Shown piece by piece: positions 55,397 to 62,238 of a stretch of DNA of 64,000 nt (position 1 is the stretch's first letter; every line of letters begins with the position of its first letter). Below the pieces are notes generated by a model that saw only the letters and a list, made by a program, of their open reading frames with translations, ran no database searches and was not told the origin of the DNA. The position numbers and the translations under genes are program-made. The stretch is from a virus. Location of the stretch: the IMG/VR virus record IMGVR_UViG_3300025769_000006; one strand, given 5' to 3'.

Positions 55397-55416
55397 CTAA
55401 TTTTAAATAAACAACT

Positions 55417-55578
55417 ATGAAATACCTTTATGAACAACTAGACGAATTGTTAAACACTATTAAGTATGCAGAAGCATCGGGAAATGAAGACGCAGATTAC
55501 TTAAAAAACGATTACTTTATAGACGTTTTAGAAGCATGTAGAGAAATTGTAGAATACACATCAGAAGAAAAAGAATAA
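55417..55578 (+). CDS. Small acidic protein (53 aa)
   Basis: Hand translation gives MKYLYEQLDELLNTIKYAEASGNEDADYLKNDYFIDVLEACREIVEYTSEEKE. Confidence 0.4.
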   Translation: MKYLYEQLDELLNTIKYAEASGNEDADYLKNDYFIDVLEACREIVEYTSEEKE

Positions 55579-55581
55579 ATT

Positions 55582-55776
55582 ATGCCAAACATGAGTTACT
55601 GCCGGTTTGAAAACACGGTAATGGATATGAGAGATTGTATAAACGCTATAGAAGATGGCGAGTGCGATTCACTAAGCAGCTACGAAGTAAGAGCTCTTAA
55701 ACAATTTAAGGAAATGGGCGAAGAAATTAGTCGCCTTGATATAGACATTGATTTAATACTTGAAAGATATGTATAG
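55582..55776 (+). CDS. Hypothetical small protein (MSYCRFENT-type N-terminus)
   Basis: 64-aa ORF. Confidence 0.5.
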   Translation: MPNMSYCRFENTVMDMRDCINAIEDGECDSLSSYEVRALKQFKEMGEEISRLDIDIDLILERYV

Positions 55777-55873
55777 CAACTGCTGCGGAGCTGAACCTAG
55801 TTATTTAAGCGATAGCTTATGTGGTCAATGTCTTGAACATGCAGACTTTGACGACTACACGGAGGAAATATAA
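55769..55873 (+). CDS. Tiny Cys-rich ORF (34 aa), uncertain
   Basis: Hand translation gives MYSNCCGAEPSYLSDSLCGQCLEHADFDDYTEEI. Its 3' end carries the CACGGA half of promoter copy 7. Confidence 0.25.
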   Translation: MYSNCCGAEPSYLSDSLCGQCLEHADFDDYTEEI

Positions 55874-55891
55874 ATACTAATAGATAATATA
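55858..55891 (+). promoter_or_regulatory. Promoter-like motif copy 7
   Basis: CACGGAGGAAATATAAATACTAATAGATAATATA, upstream of the ATG at 55905. Confidence 0.7.
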
Positions 55892-55904
55892 ATAAATTAA
55901 AAAC

Positions 55905-56156
55905 ATGAAAAGACTAACAGTTTATCAAAGACTAAAACCTGAAATCAAAGAAGCTTTGCATTCAGAAGGAAACAAAAAGTACCAAACGTCTGTAGATTAT
56001 TTAGTTGAAAAGCTAAGTGAAGCTACATTTTACAGTGATCTATCTATTAGCACGATTAGTTCACTTTACACTTTTACACACTTAGAGCTCGTTAAAACAT
56101 CTGTATGGGATTTTAAGTATGGCGAAAACATATTAATATCTAAAGATTATGAGTGA
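55905..56156 (+). CDS. Hypothetical protein
   Basis: 83-aa ORF behind promoter copy 7. Confidence 0.5.
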   Translation: MKRLTVYQRLKPEIKEALHSEGNKKYQTSVDYLVEKLSEATFYSDLSISTISSLYTFTHLELVKTSVWDFKYGENILISKDYE

Positions 56157-56385
56157 TACAATTAAAAAGCAAAATACCATGTGTATTTTTGTGCTAGACT
56201 TTTTAGATGGTAAAGCATATAAATATGACATTAGCGCGTTATGTAATGACGGAAACTGGTCAAGTCCGGGTAATTGGAACCCCGACAGTGAAAGCTGTGA
56301 AGCTTTTCTGATCGGCGCAGGTCATAGTATAGGAAATATAGAATGGATGGTAACTAATAATAATGAAATAGAATATGGCAACTAA
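56149..56385 (+). CDS. Hypothetical protein
   Basis: 78-aa ORF, coupled by overlap. Confidence 0.5.
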   Translation: MSDTIKKQNTMCIFVLDFLDGKAYKYDISALCNDGNWSSPGNWNPDSESCEAFLIGAGHSIGNIEWMVTNNNEIEYGN

Positions 56386-56830
56386 AATTTTAACACAAGA
56401 ACTAATTAAACAAACCTTAGAAGACAAAGGTTATCCAATGACACACGATGAAGGCATGACTTACGAGTTTATGCTTAAAAAAGTATGCGAATACTACGAT
56501 GCAGAGATCGGCGAAGACTGGAATGATAATGCAGATTTCTTTATATATTCAGAAACAACAGCTGATGGTTATGAAGTATATATTGCTACAAATAATTCAA
56601 GTAGTCCTAGTATAAACGAAGATGTTTACTACTATGACAGCGATCTACACGAAAGATTAGAAGACGCATTAATTGATGGCGCTAGAATTTATGTAGATTA
56701 TTTGCAAGATAATTATGTACACGAAGCAGCTGAATCTGCTTATGACTATTTATACGAAAGACTAATTGAAGAAACAGAAAACGAATTAATAGACGAAGGT
56801 TATGAGTACGAAAATCAAGAAGAAGAATAA
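56375..56830 (+). CDS. Strongly acidic protein (possible DNA mimic/anti-restriction type; speculative)
   Basis: 151 aa with dense D/E/Y content and a tail of ENELIDEGYEYENQEEE. Confidence 0.5.
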   Translation: MATKILTQELIKQTLEDKGYPMTHDEGMTYEFMLKKVCEYYDAEIGEDWNDNADFFIYSETTADGYEVYIATNNSSSPSINEDVYYYDSDLHERLEDALIDGARIYVDYLQDNYVHEAAESAYDYLYERLIEETENELIDEGYEYENQEEE

Positions 56831-56835
56831 TTATT

Positions 56836-56991
56836 ATGGATAAAATAGAAAAATACGTAAGAGATAAATACCCTAAAAAGTTTAAAAATAAACCGGTATT
56901 AGTTAAAGAAACAAGTGGTATATACTTTGTATCAACACACAAAGATGAATCGCCTATAATATTAAGTAAAAAAACACTGGATAAATTATGA
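56836..56991 (+). CDS. Small hypothetical protein (51 aa)
   Basis: Hand translation gives MDKIEKYVRDKYPKKFKNKPVLVKETSGIYFVSTHKDESPIILSKKTLDKL. ATGA overlap with the next gene. Confidence 0.35.
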   Translation: MDKIEKYVRDKYPKKFKNKPVLVKETSGIYFVSTHKDESPIILSKKTLDKL

Positions 56992-57182
56992 AAGTTAAAC
57001 AATTTATAGAAAACAAAAACAAAATGCTTGATCGAGGTATTGTAGCAACGCCTGGAGACAGAGATAGATTAGAGTTGTTTGCTAACGCGAACAATGGAAG
57101 CAACGACTTTTTATTAATGCAAATGGCTATTAACTTTGGTTATAAGATGGCTTTAGAAGATGTAGAGGAGGTATTATTATGA
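56988..57182 (+). CDS. Hypothetical protein
   Basis: 64-aa ORF. Confidence 0.5.
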   Translation: MKVKQFIENKNKMLDRGIVATPGDRDRLELFANANNGSNDFLLMQMAINFGYKMALEDVEEVLL

Positions 57183-57448
57183 AAATAAAAGTAAAACCAA
57201 TGTATGGTAATTCCAACAGATCAATTCCTAATCAGTATCAGATTATAACGCCTAAAGGTGTATATTTTCAAAGTTACAACAGTATAATAGCTTACAAGCC
57301 TTATTATGGTAAAATAGAATTAGATGAATATTATTGGGATTATTCAAGAACAACAGGTAAATATCGCAATATGTTTCTCAATGAATTCATAGATGAAACA
57401 AGAGAAAAAATTAAATCAGGTAAATATAAATTAACAAACTTAAACTAA
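57179..57448 (+). CDS. Hypothetical protein
   Basis: 89-aa ORF containing YYWDYSRTTGKYRNMFL. Confidence 0.5.
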   Translation: MKIKVKPMYGNSNRSIPNQYQIITPKGVYFQSYNSIIAYKPYYGKIELDEYYWDYSRTTGKYRNMFLNEFIDETREKIKSGKYKLTNLN

Positions 57449-57531
57449 GTGAAAAATAATATAGATAAAAGTCAAATATTTTCTATTTTATTTTTAATGC
57501 TCTTATGCTACTTATGTTTTATAGTTAAAAA

Positions 57532-58083
57532 ATGGTCAATGGGTTTATTATGACAGACAATAGCACACTAAACAAATTGTTTAAAGAACATATAGAAGAT
57601 ATAAACAAGTTTATATATTCTAAAGTAAAAGATATACATTTAACTAAAGATCTATCTCAAGAAACTTTAATAAAACTTACAAAAGCTTTACGTAAAAAAA
57701 ACTATGAAGATCAGGGTAAATTTAAATCTTTTGCATTATGTGTGGCTAATAATATTATAGTAGATTATTATAGAAAAAAGAAACGTAGACCTAAAATGAA
57801 AAGATCTGAAACTTATGATATATTTTCTAAAATAAAATATGAAGAATTAAATAAAGAAGAATATATTATAAAAGAACAGATGTTAAAAGAAGTTAAACAA
57901 CTGCTTAATAAAATACCTAAAAAACTTAGACAAGTATTAATATTAAGGTTTTATAGTAAAATGACTTTTAGGCAAATAGCTAAAGAAACAAACACAAAAA
58001 TTAATACTGTTCAAGGTAGATTTAGATACGGAATGGATAGACTAAAACAATTACACGGACTTAACGAGTTATTAAATAGATAA
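57532..58083 (+). CDS. RNA polymerase sigma factor, ECF-like (sigma-70 regions 2 and 4)
   Basis: Region 2-like LSQETLIKLTKAL...FKSFALCVANNIIVDYYRKKKRR. Region 4 HTH LPKKLRQVLILRFYSKMTFRQIAKETNTKINTVQGRFRYGMDRLK. Confidence 0.8.
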   Translation: MVNGFIMTDNSTLNKLFKEHIEDINKFIYSKVKDIHLTKDLSQETLIKLTKALRKKNYEDQGKFKSFALCVANNIIVDYYRKKKRRPKMKRSETYDIFSKIKYEELNKEEYIIKEQMLKEVKQLLNKIPKKLRQVLILRFYSKMTFRQIAKETNTKINTVQGRFRYGMDRLKQLHGLNELLNR

Positions 58084-58087
58084 TATA
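58054..58087 (+). promoter_or_regulatory. Promoter-like motif copy 8, embedded in the 3' end of the sigma-factor gene
   Basis: CACGGACTTAACGAGTTATTAAATAGATAATATA. Its last A is the A of the ATG at 58087. Confidence 0.6.
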
Positions 58088-58368
58088 TGACAGAAGAACA
58101 AATGAATAGATTAGCTGATATTATTGTAGATAAAATAATAGAGCGACAACAACAATATGACAAGGAATTTAAAGAAGAATTAAAAGAGTTAGCTCAACAA
58201 AATCCAGATCTAGAATTTGGAACAATAACTCAAAAAGAATTAATAGAAGAAGAATTAAATAATCTTTATCAAGATCTAAAAGAGTTAGAAGAAAAAGAAG
58301 ATTATGCAGCAGCTTCAAGATTATTAATAATCATAGAAAAATATAAAAAGAAATACAACATTAAGTAA
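58087..58368 (+). CDS. Acidic coiled-coil protein
   Basis: 93-aa ORF. The real start may be the second Met (58102), given the embedded promoter-like motif. Confidence 0.5.
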   Translation: MTEEQMNRLADIIVDKIIERQQQYDKEFKEELKELAQQNPDLEFGTITQKELIEEELNNLYQDLKELEEKEDYAAASRLLIIIEKYKKKYNIK

Positions 58369-58388
58369 TGTGTATAGCATAACCACAT

Positions 58389-58586
58389 ATGTATATGATT
58401 AGATTTATAAAATTCACAATAGTCTGGATCAGTCAAAATCTTGCAATACCTTTTTGGGTTGTAGGTCATGTTCACTTATCAATATCAGACTATAAAGATA
58501 TACACGAGATAATAGCTAGTATAGGTATGAATATAATAGTCTTTACTGGTTTTATTATAGATTTTAAACAACAAGATAAACTATGA
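58389..58586 (+). CDS. Small membrane protein
   Basis: 65 aa with two hydrophobic segments. Confidence 0.45.
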   Translation: MYMIRFIKFTIVWISQNLAIPFWVVGHVHLSISDYKDIHEIIASIGMNIIVFTGFIIDFKQQDKL

Positions 58587-59071
58587 ACATATTTTATTTA
58601 CATAGAGACCCAGTTAAAGCTGCGCGAATACAATACAATAAGCACGTGGTTAAAATGATCTTAGAATCAGCCCAAATGCTTTGTACGGCGCATCATTGTT
58701 ATGGGGATGCGGAACAAAAATATAACGTACCTTATAAGCAAGCACATTTAAACCACCCTTCAACAATATGGGCCAGAAGGTCAAGAACAACTTATATGTG
58801 GTTATATGACCATATGATTGCGCTTGGTAAAGAGTATACAAAAAGATATGGTAAAGAACATCTTACGATTGCTAAGTGTAGAGATTTTTTGTCTACACCA
58901 CCTAGACATATACAAGGTAATGAATGGACTGAACCACCACAGTGTATGCCAGATGAATACAAAGTTGAAGGTAATAGTGTTGAGGCATATTGGAATTATT
59001 ATGAAGGCGAAAAACATAGTGTAGCAAATACAAATGAACAAAAAATATATAGATCATGCTTAAACTTTTAA
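58583..59071 (+). CDS. Conserved hypothetical protein (MNIFYL-x-DP...KHVVKMILESAQML type)
   Basis: 162-aa ORF. I recognise the N-terminal pattern as recurrent in phage and large-virus proteins but cannot assign a function. Confidence 0.55.
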   Translation: MNIFYLHRDPVKAARIQYNKHVVKMILESAQMLCTAHHCYGDAEQKYNVPYKQAHLNHPSTIWARRSRTTYMWLYDHMIALGKEYTKRYGKEHLTIAKCRDFLSTPPRHIQGNEWTEPPQCMPDEYKVEGNSVEAYWNYYEGEKHSVANTNEQKIYRSCLNF

Positions 59072-59394
59072 CAACAATAGTAGTAACAGCTACAATATAC
59101 CATGCTGATCCTGCTCAATGTAATGCTGATTATCTTACAACAGCTTCTCTTAAAACTATAAACGAAAAAAATCCTCAAGGTCATAGATGGATAGCTGTTT
59201 CAAGAGATTTAGAAAAACACGGTTTTGTTTTTGGAACAAAGGTTTGTGTTGAGAATGCAGGTAATTTTGATGGAGTATGGACTGTTGAAGATCGAATGAA
59301 CAAAAGATGGAAAAACCGCATAGATTTTCTTGTGAACAAAGATGTAAAAGGCGGTAAATGGAATAAAGTTAAATTAACAATAATATATGAGTAG
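59056..59394 (+). CDS. 3D-domain (MltA/RlpA-like double-psi beta-barrel) protein with a hydrophobic N-terminus
   Basis: ATIYHADPAQC...TTAS...IAVSRDL...FGTKVCVENAGNFDGVWTVEDRMNKRWKNRIDFLV fits the 3D-domain pattern with conserved Asp residues. Confidence 0.55.
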   Translation: MLKLLTTIVVTATIYHADPAQCNADYLTTASLKTINEKNPQGHRWIAVSRDLEKHGFVFGTKVCVENAGNFDGVWTVEDRMNKRWKNRIDFLVNKDVKGGKWNKVKLTIIYE

Positions 59395-59512
59395 ATATAA
59401 AATATACAAGCATTTAATGCTTACGGATGTTTTTGGTGTTAAAACCAAAATTAAAAATTTTGTAAAACCTAGGCAGACAAAAGCCTATAATAATAAGAAA
59501 GTAAGAGGCTAA
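59387..59512 (+). CDS. Small basic ORF (41 aa), uncertain
   Basis: Hand translation gives MSRYKIYKHLMLTDVFGVKTKIKNFVKPRQTKAYNNKKVRG. TAATG overlap with the next gene. Confidence 0.3.
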   Translation: MSRYKIYKHLMLTDVFGVKTKIKNFVKPRQTKAYNNKKVRG

Positions 59513-60156
59513 TGTCACGTGAAAGAAATATAAAATGGTTAAATGATAGGCATGTTATATACAGGAAAGATCCTGTTAACGATGCGCCAACTATAGAAAC
59601 CAAGCATTATAAATACTATGAAGATGGTACGCACGAGTGTTATCACTTGTTTAATAGCAAGGCTAAGATTACTACGTACAAATCTTTAAAGTGGCATTTT
59701 TATGTTTTGTATTTTCTTAACCAAGACAGACCTGAAGGTTTGCTGCCAACTAGTATTTACGAGTTTATAGCAGATAAAGAAAATGGCTTTGTAACATTTT
59801 TTATTAGTGATAAAAAGCTAAACGAAATGATTGAAGACGTGTTCAATGATGGCGGTGAACCACCTTTAAATAAGAAACGTAAGATAATATTTAAAGACTA
59901 TAGCGGTTTATCTTTTGATCAAAAAATGAGTATTGTAGGTAAATTAATTGGAAGATCAAAACGTGTAAATGAAGAAGCTATATATGAATGTATGCTAGAT
60001 TTAATTTATTATGGTAAAAAAATAACTTGGAGTAAAGTTGCAGTTTTGTTAAACTGTTCAGAAAGAACTGTAATAAGAAATATTAATAACGAATTAAAAA
60101 AAGAAAAAGAAATATTAAATGAAGAAATACAACATACAGAATTATATAAGATATAA
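59512..60156 (+). CDS. Hypothetical protein with a C-terminal HTH
   Basis: KITWSKVAVLLNCSERTVIRNINNELKKE resembles a resolvase or sigma region-4-type HTH. Confidence 0.5.
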   Translation: MSRERNIKWLNDRHVIYRKDPVNDAPTIETKHYKYYEDGTHECYHLFNSKAKITTYKSLKWHFYVLYFLNQDRPEGLLPTSIYEFIADKENGFVTFFISDKKLNEMIEDVFNDGGEPPLNKKRKIIFKDYSGLSFDQKMSIVGKLIGRSKRVNEEAIYECMLDLIYYGKKITWSKVAVLLNCSERTVIRNINNELKKEKEILNEEIQHTELYKI

Positions 60157-60871
60157 GGAAGATATTAAATCTTCAATGCCACCTCAAAAATTTTACGATT
60201 ACTACACGAGAGATGAATTAGTTGTTAAATTTATACCTCTTGTTGAAGCCATGGCTAGAAAACAATCAACATCACAACAAGCTGTTGGTGTTTTAACAAT
60301 AATGGATCTATTTCAAATTGGCAGTTTAGCTTTAGTAAAGGCAGTTGATAAATTAGACTGGGAAAGATTAATTGATTCAGAAGATATTGAAAAAACATTA
60401 AAAAGCTTTTTTAGTAAAAGAATAAAAGGTGCTATTAGAAGAAAAATAGATTCATTAAGAGGTAATATAAGAATACCAGAACATAAAATTAATGAAATAC
60501 GTAAAAACCCTAAAGACAAAAAAATGGTTGCTATGTTTTTTAATTCTATGTTTTTAAGTATAGACGCACAGCCTGTTAACGACGAAGAAAATATGATAAA
60601 TCAAATAGCAGACAAGTCAGAACCATATAACATACAAATACTTAACATGTATTTAAAGAGTTTAATGAAAAAACATTTAACAGGCATTGAGTATGAGGTT
60701 TTAAGATTGTCTTATGGACTAGATTGTGAAAAACATTCTGCTAACTATATAGCAGGTAAATTAGGCATAAGAGGTGTTAGCGCATATGTGCGTGTTTCAG
60801 AATTAAAAAAACAAGCTGTACAAAAATTAATAGACAGCGTTGATCACTCGCAAGTGCTTGACTTTCTGTAA
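60119..60871 (+). CDS. Sigma-70 family sigma factor (regions 2-4 recognisable)
   Basis: RIKGAIRRKIDSLRGNIRIPEHKINEIRK parallels the sigma-70 WIRQAI...IRIPVH segment. C-terminus LTGIEYEVLRLSYGLDCEKHSANYIAGKLGIRGVSAYVRVSELKKQAVQKL is a region 4.2 HTH. The start may be the Met at 60176. Confidence 0.75.
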   Translation: MKKYNIQNYIRYKEDIKSSMPPQKFYDYYTRDELVVKFIPLVEAMARKQSTSQQAVGVLTIMDLFQIGSLALVKAVDKLDWERLIDSEDIEKTLKSFFSKRIKGAIRRKIDSLRGNIRIPEHKINEIRKNPKDKKMVAMFFNSMFLSIDAQPVNDEENMINQIADKSEPYNIQILNMYLKSLMKKHLTGIEYEVLRLSYGLDCEKHSANYIAGKLGIRGVSAYVRVSELKKQAVQKLIDSVDHSQVLDFL

Positions 60872-60881
60872 GTTACGACTA

Positions 60882-60915
60882 CACGGAATTAAAACAAAAC
60901 GTAAAAGATAATATA
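60882..60915 (+). promoter_or_regulatory. Promoter-like motif copy 9
   Basis: CACGGAATTAAAACAAAACGTAAAAGATAATATA, upstream of the erf ATG at 60957. Confidence 0.7.
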
Positions 60916-60956
60916 AACATGTAATTATAATAATAAGCAATTTAAATAAAAAACGA

Positions 60957-61505
60957 ATGAACATAAACGAAAAATTAGCTACAATCCAAACAAAGTTTAA
61001 ATCAAAGAAAAGTAGATTTAACTCCTTCGGCAAATATTACTTCAGATCAGCCGAAGATATTCTCGAAGCAACAAAACCCTTTTTATTAGAATTAGGAGTA
61101 TCAGTAACAATTGATGAACAATTGATAGATGTAAGTAATATACCTATAATTTGCTCAACAGCTACAATAAGTGACGGTAAAGAATCAATACACGCGTCAG
61201 CTTTAGTTGGAGTTGATTTAAACCAAAAAGGTATGCAAACACCTCAACAGTTTGGCTCTGCTTCTAGCTACGGTAAAAAATACGCATTGGGTAATTTATT
61301 TTTAATAGATGACACACAGGATTCAGACGCATCAAATACCCACGGTAAAACACAAAAAGCTAAAACTAAAAACACTATAACCTCTAAAAAAGATCCAGCA
61401 TACGAAAAAGCGGTTCAATACCTAGCATCAGGTGGTAAATTAGAAGCTATTAAGTCAAAATATAATCTTTCTAAAGAAATAGAAGGAGCGTTAAATACTT
61501 TATAA
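60957..61505 (+). CDS. erf: ERF-family single-strand annealing protein
   Basis: FNSFGKYYFRSAEDILEATKPFLLELGV ... QQFGSASSYGKKYALGNLFLIDDTQDSD matches the ERF core pattern. Confidence 0.75.
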   Translation: MNINEKLATIQTKFKSKKSRFNSFGKYYFRSAEDILEATKPFLLELGVSVTIDEQLIDVSNIPIICSTATISDGKESIHASALVGVDLNQKGMQTPQQFGSASSYGKKYALGNLFLIDDTQDSDASNTHGKTQKAKTKNTITSKKDPAYEKAVQYLASGGKLEAIKSKYNLSKEIEGALNTL

Positions 61506-62236
61506 TGACAGAAAAACAAGTTATAAAAAAACTAAAAGATGATAAACATTATTACGGGGATTTTGGTAAAAAATATCTCAGTAATTCTGATATAAGCAAG
61601 CTTTTAACAAACCCACTTAGTCTTAGAGAAGAACAAAAACAAATACCAGCTTTTTTAATAGGTGGTTATTTTCATACTGCTATATTAGAACCAGATAAAC
61701 TTAAAAAGTTTAAAATAATAGATGCTACAACAAGAAACACTAAGTTGTATAAAGAAATATCTGGTGGCGAAATGTGTTTGTTAAAAAGCGAAGTTGACAA
61801 ACTAGAACTAATGATAGATAAAATGCTAAGCAACAAAGCTTGCGTTGATCTTATAAGAGGTATAAATATTGAATATGAAAAACCTGGCATAACAGAGTTA
61901 GAAGGTTTAAAATGGAAAGGCAAAGCTGATATTGTTAATCACGATGAAAGATTAATAGTAGATTTAAAAACAACAGCTGATCTTCACAAATTTAGATATT
62001 CAGCTTCTAAATATAATTACGACAGTCAAGCTTATATTTATCAACATCTATTTGGATATGAATTAATATTTATAGCAATAGATAAAACCACGCATCAAAT
62101 AGGTATTTTTGATTGCTCACCTGATTTTTTATTGCGTGGTAGAGACAAAGTACAAAGAGCAGTTGAACAATATAAATTATTTTATGAATCAGAGGATTTT
62201 GATCCTCAACAATATTTTATTAATCAAACTTTATAA
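61505..62236 (+). CDS. PD-(D/E)XK exonuclease, RecE C-terminal/DUF3799-like
   Basis: GGYFHTAILEPDKLKKF and GKADIVNHDERLIVDLKTT (the D...D-x-K core). Confidence 0.7.
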   Translation: MTEKQVIKKLKDDKHYYGDFGKKYLSNSDISKLLTNPLSLREEQKQIPAFLIGGYFHTAILEPDKLKKFKIIDATTRNTKLYKEISGGEMCLLKSEVDKLELMIDKMLSNKACVDLIRGINIEYEKPGITELEGLKWKGKADIVNHDERLIVDLKTTADLHKFRYSASKYNYDSQAYIYQHLFGYELIFIAIDKTTHQIGIFDCSPDFLLRGRDKVQRAVEQYKLFYESEDFDPQQYFINQTL

Positions 62237-62238
62237 TT

